Below the pieces are notes generated by a model. That model was not told where the DNA came from. It was given only the letters and a program-made list of their open reading frames with translations, and did not search any database. The position numbers and the translations under genes are program-made. Shown piece by piece: positions 9,600-19,221 of a stretch of DNA of 64,000 nucleotides. This DNA is from an uncultured Anaerolineales bacterium. GTDB lineage: Bacteria > Chloroflexota > Anaerolineae > UBA7937. How positions within the stretch are numbered: the first letter of the stretch is position 1; every line of letters starts with the position of its first letter. The stretch lies in contig CAYLIE010000005.1 of NCBI GenBank assembly GCA_964383935.1, positions 24,566 to 88,565 on the forward strand, read 5' to 3'.

Positions 9600-11721
9600 C
9601 TTCTCCCAGAGAGGGTATGGGCTGGCCGCTCTCCGGGTCCAACATCCCCACCATCAACCGATACTCGCCAGGAGGCAGATCGGGGGGAAGGGAAACCCTG
9701 TGGCGATCCGCCATCACCTCACCTGCCGTCCAAAGGGTGGTGGGATAGAAGCCATCGAAAGGTTGAGCACTCTCCTCCACCCATACCTTTCCCCCCTCAT
9801 CCCTCAGACGGACAAGGACATCATACTTCCTGTCCAAAGGCCTCTCAACCCGCCAATGTAAAGTGAGTTGGAGGTCGCTTCCTGGGAAGAGAGAGGAAGC
9901 CCCTAGGTCGTAGCTCAAAAGGGTCACCACCCCGCCCAAGTCGGCCTCCAGGGTCCGACTGATAGCGGGGGGCTCTCCCCCTAGAAGGAGAGGGGTCTTA
10001 TAGACCCAGGCGTATGCGATGCCGTTGATTCGGGCTACATACTCCGGCTCTAGGGAGCGGAAGAATTCGACCACCAGAGGGTCCGGCCACCCCCTCTGCA
10101 CTTGACTAATGTAGAAGATCACGTAATCGGCCAGCGTCCATACCCCCGTCCAACCCCTCCATTGGAGGGGCATGGTCTCACCCCGAAAATATAAAGCCAC
10201 GCTGCTGGGCCCCCAAGTGGCAACCACCAGATTGGGGGCCTCCTCCTTCCCGTCCAAGTAGCGACCCGCCACATCCAACCCCTCCCCTCCCCCAAAGGCA
10301 AAGAGGCGAGGTGCTAACTCCGCCCCCCCCACCAAGGGGTTAAAGAAGGCCGTATAGTAGGGGGCCAAACGCAACCAGGAGAGGGCTAAGAGGAAGGCCG
10401 CCACCCCAGCCAAGGCTACGTAGGCTCCAAAGGGCCAACGGAACCTCTTGGCTAGCCGAGCCCGCAACCAGGCAAGGAAAGCCACCAAGGTGAGGGCCGC
10501 CAAGATATCCATCACTGGAAAAGCAGGAAGGAAATAGCGGATCAGTTTCTTGCTGCTCAGGGACAACATCACCCCATAAATGATTATATACCCCCAAAGG
10601 AGAGAGAAAGGCTCAAGCAGAGAGGAGCAACCCTCTTGAAGGGAAGAAGATTCTCCCCCTCCTGGCATTAGTCTTCCTCGCCCCATTATCGCCACCCCCA
10701 AGCGATCCTGCGCTCGTTGGCCCTGAGAAGCCTTGAAGGCTAGGAGGCCCAAGATAGCCAAAGACCCCAGGAAGAAAGGGAGGCTCAAGGGGGTCAACTT
10801 GAAGGCGGTGAAGAGGGGGTAGTAGAGCCAGCCAGGGTCATCCACGGGCTGGCCCAGGAAGAAGTTCCCTATCTCATGGGGTTCTAGGACGCCCCAGCGA
10901 GCCACCCGAAACAACTTCCAGATCACAAAGAGGGGCTCTACCCACAAAGCGGGAAAGAGGAGGATGAAGGTGAAAAGCGCCACCCCACACCAGAAGAGGA
11001 AAGCTCCGGCCCATCTCTTAACCTCTCTCTTCTTCCCCAGGAGCCAAAAGTGGCTTCCCAGGGCAAAAGCCACCAAAAGCAGAAGGGAGAGAGCAGGCAG
11101 TTTGGCCAACACCGCTAAGCCTCCACAAATGGCTGAGCCTACGAGATAAGGCTTCCGCCCCTTAACATCTTGCATATAGGCTATAAGGAAGAGTAAGGAT
11201 AAGATCATCCAACTGGCCTGGTGAGCGTCCACGTGCACCACCCTGGAGTGGGCCAGGTAAACAGGGTCCAAGGCCAAAAGCAGACCCCCCAGAAGAGCCG
11301 CCGAGGAGGAGAAGGTGCGCCTCAGGAGCAGGTAAGCAACTACCACTGTAAAGGTGGTGACCAGGACGGTAAAGGTGGCGGCTGCGGGGATCATGGAGAG
11401 TACCTCGTACTGCCCTGTCTCCACCATTCGATAGAAATGGTCCAGGTCGCCGGCCAGAAAGTAGCGAAGCCAGAGAGAGAGCCCGTACCCCCACATGGGG
11501 GAGACCCCGGGATGGTTGATCTGATAGGTGGCCGCCAAATCGCCATGGGCCAGCCCGTAGATGAAGCGGCTGGAGCGCTCCAGCCAACGCATCTCATCGC
11601 CGCTGGCGAAGGCCCCTAACCGCCAAATCCGAGGCAGAAGGGCAGTCAAGAAGAGCAAGGTGGAGATAACCTTCTCTCCCCCAACTTTCCTCTCATCGCC
11701 GAGATAGATATGCCCTTTCAC
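9553..11721 (-). CDS. GT-C fold membrane glycosyltransferase with C-terminal Ig-like domain
   Basis: ORF 9553..11775; likely GTG at 11721. SGDEMRW loop motif, HPGV, AHSRVVHVDA, KKLIRYFLP, GGGEGLD, then a C-terminal LTLHW...PTTLW..GE domain. Confidence 0.85.
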   Translation of the reverse strand: MKGHIYLGDERKVGGEKVISTLLFLTALLPRIWRLGAFASGDEMRWLERSSRFIYGLAHGDLAATYQINHPGVSPMWGYGLSLWLRYFLAGDLDHFYRMVETGQYEVLSMIPAAATFTVLVTTFTVVVAYLLLRRTFSSSAALLGGLLLALDPVYLAHSRVVHVDAHQASWMILSLLFLIAYMQDVKGRKPYLVGSAICGGLAVLAKLPALSLLLLVAFALGSHFWLLGKKREVKRWAGAFLFWCGVALFTFILLFPALWVEPLFVIWKLFRVARWGVLEPHEIGNFFLGQPVDDPGWLYYPLFTAFKLTPLSLPFFLGSLAILGLLAFKASQGQRAQDRLGVAIMGRGRLMPGGGESSSLQEGCSSLLEPFSLLWGYIIIYGVMLSLSSKKLIRYFLPAFPVMDILAALTLVAFLAWLRARLAKRFRWPFGAYVALAGVAAFLLALSWLRLAPYYTAFFNPLVGGAELAPRLFAFGGGEGLDVAGRYLDGKEEAPNLVVATWGPSSVALYFRGETMPLQWRGWTGVWTLADYVIFYISQVQRGWPDPLVVEFFRSLEPEYVARINGIAYAWVYKTPLLLGGEPPAISRTLEADLGGVVTLLSYDLGASSLFPGSDLQLTLHWRVERPLDRKYDVLVRLRDEGGKVWVEESAQPFDGFYPTTLWTAGEVMADRHRVSLPPDLPPGEYRLMVGMLDPESGQPIPSLGEDGIFIGPLQVTAREE

Positions 11722-11740
11722 TTTTTCTTCCCTGTGCCGA

Positions 11741-13279
11741 TCACCCTTTGGTTTGGAAAACGAAGACCCCCTCATCCTGAAAAACTATCATCATCTCCTC
11801 CTCCACCAAAGCCTCAAAATCTTCATCATAACGGGTCTGGAACCTCCCCTCATCAACCACAAACCAGACCCGTGACCCCTCCGAGAGGAGCACCTCTAAC
11901 CCTTCCCTGGAATCGAGCAGCCGACTGCCTACCCAACGATCGATCCACTCACCTCCCCTCTCCCTCATGACGTAGGGTTCATACCCTTTCTGGATGGCGA
12001 AGAAATCGCAACGGGGAAGATAGACCCCACACGCGGCGGGAGCGACCGTCATCACCATATCCTCCTCCCGCCACCTCTCCCTCACATACCTAAAAGCCTG
12101 CTCATAGCCCAACTCTTGTTCAGAGCTCGCTTCTAGGGCGCCTGGCACAGAGAAGAGGGAGAGAGACACCAACGCTATGAGGGTCAACCAACCCTGGCCT
12201 ACCCTGGAAGAGTTTATGCCCCTTCTAGCCCAAGTGGACCTCCCCACCAAGAGAAGCCTGTCCAGAGCCCAGGCCGATACCAGAAACAAGAAAGGCAAGA
12301 GCATAAAGATATACCGCGGATGTTGCCAAGACCTACCTATGAGGGTAGCCACCTCTAAGAGGGCAACGGCCAGGATGAGGTATAGGTACAAAGAAGGCTT
12401 GACCTCCCCTCCCCCTCTCCCCTCGACAACTAAGAAGAATAGCCCCCCCAGGGCGAGGAGGGTGGGAAGAAGGCGGGCCGGCGTGAGGAAGAAAGGTGCC
12501 AAAGGCCTCAGCCCCGCCACCAAGTCCATGGAAGGCCCTAAGGGGGGACGGGAACGGTAGATGGTCTCGAACTGCCCTCCCATGCCGGAAGCGCTATACT
12601 CCTGCAAAAGAAAACGGATTAGCACCCCCAGGCCACAGAGGAGAACAACCAGAGCCACCTCTAATCGCCACGCTCCGCGACGATACAAAAGAAGGAAGAG
12701 ACCCAAGAGCATGGCGGGGAGAAGGAGAGCCACCTCGGCGTGGGAGAAAAGCGCGGCCAAAAAGACGGTGCCCCCTGCCCAGAGGTGGCGAGAACCATCC
12801 TCTTTTAAGCCCGCCTCATAAAAAAGGAAGACCGCCAGGAGGGCTAGAAACTGCTCCCAGGCGTAGGGCCTAGCCCGGGCGGCCCAGAGGATGGCCTCCC
12901 CGTCCAAAGCAAGAAGGAGAGCCGCCATCAAGCCAGCCCGAGGCGCAAAGATCCGCTTTCCCACAAGATAGGCTAGGGGAATGATGAGCAAGCCCGCTAC
13001 TAGGCTGGGGATCCTAGCCATTAAGGGGTCGAGACCGAAGAGATATATAAAGGGGAGATCTAAGTAGGAGAAGAGAAGTCCGGGGCCATAAAAGTTTCCC
13101 GAGGGCAGGATAGGGATTCCCCACCTCCATATCCCCTGAGCAGCAAGTAAGGTGGCGAACTCATCCACAAAGGGGCCCGACCGTAGTAGATAGGAGAAGC
13201 GAAAATAGGAACCCAACAGAAGAACGAGAAGAGGGATGAGTCTTGAAGTGGCTAAGGAACTAAGGAACCTCCTGATCAT
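11741..13279 (-). CDS. GT-C fold membrane glycosyltransferase, paralog of 4529..6901 lacking the Ig-like domains
   Basis: 512 aa. PFVDEF motif, ARPYAW, HPRY. Its IDRWVG/RFQTRY segment matches VDRWTG/RFQSRY in the 4529 protein. Confidence 0.85.
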   Translation of the reverse strand: MIRRFLSSLATSRLIPLLVLLLGSYFRFSYLLRSGPFVDEFATLLAAQGIWRWGIPILPSGNFYGPGLLFSYLDLPFIYLFGLDPLMARIPSLVAGLLIIPLAYLVGKRIFAPRAGLMAALLLALDGEAILWAARARPYAWEQFLALLAVFLFYEAGLKEDGSRHLWAGGTVFLAALFSHAEVALLLPAMLLGLFLLLYRRGAWRLEVALVVLLCGLGVLIRFLLQEYSASGMGGQFETIYRSRPPLGPSMDLVAGLRPLAPFFLTPARLLPTLLALGGLFFLVVEGRGGGEVKPSLYLYLILAVALLEVATLIGRSWQHPRYIFMLLPFLFLVSAWALDRLLLVGRSTWARRGINSSRVGQGWLTLIALVSLSLFSVPGALEASSEQELGYEQAFRYVRERWREEDMVMTVAPAACGVYLPRCDFFAIQKGYEPYVMRERGGEWIDRWVGSRLLDSREGLEVLLSEGSRVWFVVDEGRFQTRYDEDFEALVEEEMMIVFQDEGVFVFQTKG

Positions 13280-14235
13280 CTTACCCGGTCGCCATCGAAC
13301 GATGCTATGGAGAGTACCGAGCCTCCTGAAGGCGCTACCTTTTCCGCCACCACCGTGATGCGGCTGCCCTGGCCCAAAGCCCCCAAGAAAAGGGTTAAGG
13401 GCGCGAAGAGGAAGAGGCAGAAAGGGTTCTCTATTCTCAACCGCTCAGTCAGAAATCCAGGCGTCCCCTTCTCTTGGAGGACATAACGTAGACTCCCAAT
13501 CCAGATATTGGGGGTATAACTATGACCGATGCGACGAACCCGAAAGCGGTGCTTGGCTAGCAAGTTGAAGAGGGTCTTTTTTGTGAAGTGATAAAGATGG
13601 CGCGGCAGGTCGAGATCGTACCAGAACCGGCCCATGAGTTTGGCCTCCCAGGAACCTATGTCTGGGAGGGTCAAAAAGCAGAGCCCACCATCCGCTAGGA
13701 GACGACGAACCTCCCCTAGAGTGTGAGAGGGGCTGGGTAGATGCTCCAAAACATGTCGTAGGATGATTAAGTCGAAAGCCTCGTCGGCCAACCCTGCCTC
13801 CTCCAAGGTTCCGGTGACTACCTCCAAACCCCGCTCTTTTGCTACCTGGGCCGCGTAAGGGCTCGGCTCCAACCCCATGACCGACCATCCCCTCACCTGT
13901 TGCAAGGCAGCCAGATACTCCCCTGTCCCACACCCTACCTCCAATACCCGTCCCACCTCGCCTATCAAACCCCTCATCCTCCTTACTTCCCTTTCCAGCA
14001 AGGTTCGCCGCAGAAGGCCCGTCAGCCCTCCTTGGATAAAGGCAAAGGCTGAGTATTGGGAAGGGTAATAGCGGGAGACCCCCTCTGGGGTGGGACGAGG
14101 GTTAGTATAGATCAGCCCGCAATTTCGACAGCGAACGACCCCGAACTCCTCCTCTCCACCCAATAACCGGTCCTTGCCGCTTAGGAGAGACTCCACATTG
14201 TCCAGCCCGCAGAGGTCACACTTCGCCCACTCCAT
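13276..14235 (-). CDS. Class I SAM-dependent methyltransferase with N-terminal Cys cluster
   Basis: VLEVGCGTG motif I, LRHVLEHL, N-terminal CDLC...CRNC, and WYDLDLPRHLYHF typical of polysaccharide-locus methyltransferases. Confidence 0.85.
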   Translation of the reverse strand: MEWAKCDLCGLDNVESLLSGKDRLLGGEEEFGVVRCRNCGLIYTNPRPTPEGVSRYYPSQYSAFAFIQGGLTGLLRRTLLEREVRRMRGLIGEVGRVLEVGCGTGEYLAALQQVRGWSVMGLEPSPYAAQVAKERGLEVVTGTLEEAGLADEAFDLIILRHVLEHLPSPSHTLGEVRRLLADGGLCFLTLPDIGSWEAKLMGRFWYDLDLPRHLYHFTKKTLFNLLAKHRFRVRRIGHSYTPNIWIGSLRYVLQEKGTPGFLTERLRIENPFCLFLFAPLTLFLGALGQGSRITVVAEKVAPSGGSVLSIASFDGDRVR

Positions 14236-15395
14236 CAGGCAACCAAGGCTCTATAGCATTCCATCAACTCGCGCGCCGTATTGTCCCAGGATAACCGCTC
14301 CACAGCCCTTTCTCTCAAACGTGCACCTAACTCCTTAGCCCAAGCCTCGTCGTTCAGGGCCTTCAGCAATGCTTTCGCCAAAGAGGCTGGATCGCCCAGC
14401 CTGGCGTACACCCCCCACTGGCCCAAAATCTCTCGGTTAACCGGGGTGTCAAAGGCTACCGTGGCCAAACCGCTGGCCATGTAGTTGCAAAGTTTGCCGT
14501 TCGACTCCGTCTCGGCCAATTTGGGAGAGACAGCCACATCCCCTAGGGCTAGATAGCGGGGGGCCAAGCGATAGTCGATCCTTCCCGTGAAGGTCACGCT
14601 CTCAGCGATCCCCAGATCCTCAGCCCTCCTCTTATACCATTCCACGTTGGGATAACCCATGATCAAAAAATGAGCCTTCTGAAACCCCTCCAGCACCAAA
14701 GGGATGGTCTCCAAAAGACAATCGAGCCCTTGATACCTGGTCAAGAGTCCTAGGTATACCACCACCCTTCTCCCTTTCGGTATTCTGAGGGGTAGATCAT
14801 CGTATGATAGACCAGGCCGGAACTCCTCGGTGTCTACTCCGTCCAAGGCCACCACCGCCTCTTTGACCCCGAACCTCTCGCGCAACTCGTCCGCCACCCG
14901 ACTGGAGGAAGCCACCGCTACATCAGCCAGGCTGTCTATGGTCCCTTCTGCTCGGTGCAGAAAAGAATACAGATAGCGGTTCCCCCTCAAAAACCCATGA
15001 GCCCGCAGTTCACCCGTGAGGCTCCCCTGGAAATCGCCCAGCAAGGGGAGGCCCAGGAGCCAGCCTAGGACATAGCCGATAACCACCCCTTCGTGGAGAT
15101 GGGCATGGATCAGGTGGGGCTTGAACCGCCGGGCTACGGATAGGGATTTGAAAAGGAGGAGAAGGTCGAGGTAAAGTTTATGAAGGGAGGGACCCGCTTC
15201 TAATTTTCCATACCAGGGTACATTTATGGTGCGATGGATCTCCAGGCCAGGGAGATCGCGACCCAGATGATAGGTGCAAATAGCCACCCTGTTTCCCAGT
15301 TCTTGGAGAGCCCTCGTCTCCTCAAAGATGCGCACATGAGCGCCACGGTCGGCGAAGAAAGGCGTGGGGGCAATCATCAGGATCCGGTACATCAC
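14235..15395 (-). CDS. Glycosyltransferase family 4 (GT-B)
   Basis: 386 aa. GLLTRYQGLD, ESNGKLCNYMASG and a C-terminal SWD..A pattern. Confidence 0.9.
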   Translation of the reverse strand: MMYRILMIAPTPFFADRGAHVRIFEETRALQELGNRVAICTYHLGRDLPGLEIHRTINVPWYGKLEAGPSLHKLYLDLLLLFKSLSVARRFKPHLIHAHLHEGVVIGYVLGWLLGLPLLGDFQGSLTGELRAHGFLRGNRYLYSFLHRAEGTIDSLADVAVASSSRVADELRERFGVKEAVVALDGVDTEEFRPGLSYDDLPLRIPKGRRVVVYLGLLTRYQGLDCLLETIPLVLEGFQKAHFLIMGYPNVEWYKRRAEDLGIAESVTFTGRIDYRLAPRYLALGDVAVSPKLAETESNGKLCNYMASGLATVAFDTPVNREILGQWGVYARLGDPASLAKALLKALNDEAWAKELGARLRERAVERLSWDNTARELMECYRALVA

Positions 15396-16345
15396 TCCCC
15401 ATCCAATATCTCGCGCACGGCGTAGATCGGCTTCCCTTGAGATTCGTGATAGGTACGTACTACCAACTCCCCCAAGAGCCCCATGGTCACCAGTTGCACC
15501 CCCACCATAGTCAAAAGGATGGCTAAAAGCACCAGGGGCCTATCGGCGATGGGCTGTTGCAATACAACCCTTACAAAGCCCAGATAGGCCAGAAGCACCC
15601 CCCCGATTAAGAAAGAGAGGAAACCCAGAAGCCCAAAGATCTGCACCGGTCGGGTAGAGTAACTCAGGAGAAACCTCACGGTCAGAAGGTCTAGAAGCAC
15701 TCTGATGGTGCGGGAGAGGCCATATTTGGTCCGCCCGGAGCCCCGAGGGCGATGGTTCACCGGTACCTCCGTCACCCGTACCCCCATCCAGGAAGCCAGA
15801 GCGGGGATGAAACGGTGGAGTTCGCCATAAAGCCTGATGTTCTTCACCACCTCGCGGCGATAAGCCTTTAGAGAACAGCCATAGTCATGGAGCCGGACGC
15901 CGGTGATCTCGGAGATGAGCCAATTGGCGAGCATGGAGGGGAAGCGGCGCGTCAAGAAGGGGTCGTGACGATCTACCCGCCAGCCGCTTACCACATCGTA
16001 CCCCTCCTCAAGTTTTGCCAGGAGCCGTGGTATATCCGCTGGATCGTTTTGTAGGTCGGCATCTAAAGTGACGATCATCTCTCCCCGGGCCACATCGAAC
16101 CCCGCGGCGAAGGCTGCCGTCTGGCCGAAGTTGCGCCTAAACCGGATCACCCTCACCCGGGGCTCCTCCTCGTGAACTCTCTTGAGAACGGTGAAGCTAT
16201 CATCGGTACTGCCGTCGTCAACGGCCAGGATCTCATATTCCACCTCCAAGCCCTGCAGAGCCTCTCTTATCTCCCGATAGAGGGGCTCGATGTTCCCTTC
16301 TTCGTTGTAGATGGGGATGACTATAGATAGGGCAACGTCCTTCAT
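15392..16345 (-). CDS. GT2 polyprenol-phosphate glycosyltransferase (ArnC/GtrB/DPM-like)
   Basis: SIVIPIYNEE, DDGSTD, RRNFGQTAA, LDADLQNDP, GELHRFIP, two C-terminal TM helices. Confidence 0.92.
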   Translation of the reverse strand: MKDVALSIVIPIYNEEGNIEPLYREIREALQGLEVEYEILAVDDGSTDDSFTVLKRVHEEEPRVRVIRFRRNFGQTAAFAAGFDVARGEMIVTLDADLQNDPADIPRLLAKLEEGYDVVSGWRVDRHDPFLTRRFPSMLANWLISEITGVRLHDYGCSLKAYRREVVKNIRLYGELHRFIPALASWMGVRVTEVPVNHRPRGSGRTKYGLSRTIRVLLDLLTVRFLLSYSTRPVQIFGLLGFLSFLIGGVLLAYLGFVRVVLQQPIADRPLVLLAILLTMVGVQLVTMGLLGELVVRTYHESQGKPIYAVREILDGE

Positions 16346-16383
16346 GGAGATGGCATCCTCCCTAAAGCAGAAGCCTGATACCC

Positions 16384-16412
16384 ATTATACCCCTACCCCC
16401 GCCTCCTGACAA
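16384..16412 (-). promoter_or_regulatory. sigma70/sigmaA promoter for the GT2-GT4-MTase-GT-C operon
   Basis: Minus strand TTGTCA (16412-16407), 17 nt spacer, TATAAT (16389-16384). Confidence 0.8.
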
Positions 16413-16449
16413 GCCATAAAAACACCCTCGGCTTATCAAGCCGAGGGTG
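16413..16449 (-). terminator. Rho-independent terminator of the DUF1080-like gene
   Basis: Perfect 12-bp stem CACCCTCGGCTT/AAGCCGAGGGTG (16423-16449) followed by TTTTT on the minus strand. Confidence 0.85.
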
Positions 16450-16486
16450 GATCTCCTCAAAAGAGGGGCGGTATGCCCTGGGGACT

Positions 16487-17326
16487 TCATGGTAAGGGCG
16501 TTACCAGCACATCGTCAAAGACCACATTGGCGCATTTATAGGTCTTAAAGCCCACCGTCCCTTCTAGGAAAACGGTGTCGTTCTTGAGCCCGTCATCCGG
16601 GATGGGGCTATCATCGTAGTCTATGAGCAATTGACCATCGAGATAGCATTTAATCCTAGCCCCCTGTACCTCCACTTTAAGCGTATGCCACTGGCTTTTG
16701 TCGATGGTCATGGATGCGGAAGCCAACGACCGGGGGTTGTTGAAATCCCAAAGGTTCCAGGTATTGACACAAGCCGCCCCCACGCAGTCATCCTCGGTCT
16801 GCATCTGCAAGAGGGAGGCCTCGCTGCCGCTCATTATGAAATAGTAGCCCCCTACATTCCCGGCAGCGGCGTCATCTTCAGAATAGGTCCCCCTGAACCA
16901 GAGGCCAGCCTTCGACCCACTCCTGATGATCACCTTGGCTTCGAAACTGTAGTCGGTCCACTCCTGACTGCCCTCTTGGATGTACATGCTTAAGGCATCG
17001 TGAGCTTCGGCGCCTCCCAGATTCTTGTTATGTCGATAGCCACCACCGACATAGCCCGTCCCCGCCTCCCAGAACCATTGCTCAGATTTCAGCCGCCAAT
17101 AGTTCAGGAAAGGCGTCCAATTATCAGCGTCGGTATCGAAATGATCTTCCAGTGAGGCCGGGCTAGGGGTCGAATACTCCTTCATCACCAGAGGCAAGAA
17201 AACCTCGGTGGTCTCCTGTGCTAAGCTACTGCCGCCTCCTCCCCAAAGAAACAAGACGATTATAGCCATACTTCCCAGAGCCACTGCTACTCCTGGCATC
17301 CCTCTGCCTAGTACCCATTTCCCCAC
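16487..17326 (-). CDS. Secreted DUF1080-like (3-keto-disaccharide hydrolase / concanavalin-like beta-sandwich) protein
   Basis: ORF 16487..17389; likely GTG at 17326 (SD GAGGAGG). Signal peptide ending SSLA-Q, EVFLPLVMKEY motif, WTDYSFEAKV...GLWFR...WHTLKVEVQG..IKCYLDG...GTVGFK..FDDV pattern. Confidence 0.75.
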   Translation of the reverse strand: MGKWVLGRGMPGVAVALGSMAIIVLFLWGGGGSSLAQETTEVFLPLVMKEYSTPSPASLEDHFDTDADNWTPFLNYWRLKSEQWFWEAGTGYVGGGYRHNKNLGGAEAHDALSMYIQEGSQEWTDYSFEAKVIIRSGSKAGLWFRGTYSEDDAAAGNVGGYYFIMSGSEASLLQMQTEDDCVGAACVNTWNLWDFNNPRSLASASMTIDKSQWHTLKVEVQGARIKCYLDGQLLIDYDDSPIPDDGLKNDTVFLEGTVGFKTYKCANVVFDDVLVTPLP

Positions 17327-17401
17327 CCGAACCTCCTCTCCTCTATCTAGGCTAATTCTCCCTCTGGGGTATAAACTGTGGATCTGCAACCAGTGACGGC
17401 C

Positions 17402-17430
17402 ATTGTACCATCGAGAAAAGAGGATGTCAA
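17402..17430 (-). promoter_or_regulatory. sigma70/sigmaA promoter of the DUF1080-like gene
   Basis: TTGACA (17430-17425), 17 nt spacer, TACAAT (17407-17402). Confidence 0.8.
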
Positions 17431-17458
17431 AACAAGAGCCCAGTGTAAACTGATCTCT

Positions 17459-18208
17459 CTAACCCCGCTGGCCCACGATGGTGGCCGGCACTCCACGGGC
17501 TATGCCGTAACCGGGTATATCTTTGGTCACCACCGCACCGGCCGCCACCACCGCGCCCTTCCCTATCGTGACCCCTCCTAAAACGATGGTCGAGGCCCCC
17601 AGCCACACATCCTCCCCGATCTCGATCCTCTCTTCTATCGCTCCCTGGAGGCGGATGGGGACATGGGGGTCGGTGAAGACATGGCTTCCACAGATCAGTT
17701 GGACATCGTTGGCGATGAGAGCATCCTTGCCGATGGTGATACCAGCGTGGCCATAGAGAAGGGCCCTAGGCCCCAGATAGGTGTGTTCGCCCACCACTAC
17801 CTCATGCCCCTCTCCGGCCACGATGATACAATCGCGCGAGGCCCAAGCCTCGTCCCCCAACTCTATCCGACCTTCCAACGAGGAAGCGTCCAGAAGGCTA
17901 TTCTCCCCGATGAAGACGCGATCCCCCAGGAAAACCCTTCGAGGGACTAGAAAGCGGACATTTTGCTCTATGAGGCAGGTCTTCCCCACGCTCCCTAAGA
18001 CGGGCCTATAAACCAAACCCCGCAGGTACGTAGCCCCGATGGTGGGCAAAGGGCCTAAGAGAGAGAGGACAAAACCTTGCCAGAGGAAAGGCAAAAGGGA
18101 AGGCTGACCCGTAACCCTTTGGACGTAACGCCTGAAATTCCCTCCCAACCCTTCGTAGGAGATCCCTTTGGGCGACTTCCTCCTTATACCCCTTTCCTTT
18201 CTGGTCAT
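17459..18208 (-). CDS. Hexapeptide-repeat (LbH) acyltransferase
   Basis: Repeated [IV]G-x-x-x-x hexads; IGEDVWLGASTIVLGGVTIGKGAVVAAGAVVTKDIP...GVPA. Confidence 0.9.
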   Translation of the reverse strand: MTRKERGIRRKSPKGISYEGLGGNFRRYVQRVTGQPSLLPFLWQGFVLSLLGPLPTIGATYLRGLVYRPVLGSVGKTCLIEQNVRFLVPRRVFLGDRVFIGENSLLDASSLEGRIELGDEAWASRDCIIVAGEGHEVVVGEHTYLGPRALLYGHAGITIGKDALIANDVQLICGSHVFTDPHVPIRLQGAIEERIEIGEDVWLGASTIVLGGVTIGKGAVVAAGAVVTKDIPGYGIARGVPATIVGQRG

Positions 18209-18247
18209 CTCCCTACAAGGCCTGACTAACCTTTTGAATAAGGATAC

Positions 18248-19198
18248 CTACTCCAAGATGCGGCGGACGGAATACTCTTCCTCCGGTTGATAGGCGAAAT
18301 TTCTGATCATCTCGCCCAAGAGCCCGATGGAGATCAGTTGCACACCCACGATCATAAAGAGGATCCCCAGGAAGAGCAAGGGCCGCCAACCGATCCCCTG
18401 ACCAGCGAACCAAAGCACCGTTAAGTAGAGACCGATGGCAAACCCTGCGGTAAAGAGAAGAGCACCGATGGTCCCGAAAAGTTGTAATGGCCTCCTAAGA
18501 TAGTAGGTCAGGAAAAGGACCACCAGAAAGTCCACGAAGCCTCGGCCCAAGCGGCTGAGGCCATATTTGGACTGGCCATACCTTCGGGGATGGTGAACTA
18601 CCTCCACCTCCGCCACTCGATAGCCCCGCCAATGGGCGAGGACGGGGATGAAACGGTGGAGCTCTCCGTATATCTTGACCCCTTGGGCCACCTCCCGTCG
18701 ATAGGCCTTGAAGCCGCTGTTCAGGTCATGCAACTTCACCCCAGTGAGGGTGCAGACCACTCCGTTGAAGATACGGGAGGGCAGGGTCTTAGAGAGAGGG
18801 TCCTTGCGATATCGCCGCCAGGCAGAGACCAGGTCATAACCCTCTTCTAAAGGTCCTAGAAGTTTGGGGATCTCGCCAGGGTCGTCCTGAAGATCGGCGT
18901 CTAGGGTAACGATTACCTCACCCCTCGCCTGGTTGAAGCCGGAGGCTAGAGCCGCCGTCTTTCCGAAATTACGCCGGAATTGGATAACCCGCACATGTTC
19001 TTGGCCCTCGGCATGCAACCGCTCTAGAATCTCATAGGAGTTGTCGGTACTTCCATCGTCAATGAATACGATCTCGTACCCCTTATCCAGACCTTCCAGA
19101 GTCTCCCGGAGAGCCTGGTAGAGAGGCTCGATGTTCTCCTCCTCATTAAAGAGGGGCACCACTACAGAGATCTCAAGAGAACAACCTTGTTTAACCAT
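18248..19198 (-). CDS. GT2 polyprenol-phosphate glycosyltransferase, paralog of 15392..16345
   Basis: ORF to 19225; likely ATG at 19198. SVVVPLFNEE, DDGSTD, RRNFGKTAA, LDADLQDDP, GELHRFIP, two C-terminal TMs. Confidence 0.92.
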   Translation of the reverse strand: MVKQGCSLEISVVVPLFNEEENIEPLYQALRETLEGLDKGYEIVFIDDGSTDNSYEILERLHAEGQEHVRVIQFRRNFGKTAALASGFNQARGEVIVTLDADLQDDPGEIPKLLGPLEEGYDLVSAWRRYRKDPLSKTLPSRIFNGVVCTLTGVKLHDLNSGFKAYRREVAQGVKIYGELHRFIPVLAHWRGYRVAEVEVVHHPRRYGQSKYGLSRLGRGFVDFLVVLFLTYYLRRPLQLFGTIGALLFTAGFAIGLYLTVLWFAGQGIGWRPLLFLGILFMIVGVQLISIGLLGEMIRNFAYQPEEEYSVRRILE

Positions 19199-19221
19199 TT
19201 CGACCCCCCGGATAGATACAA

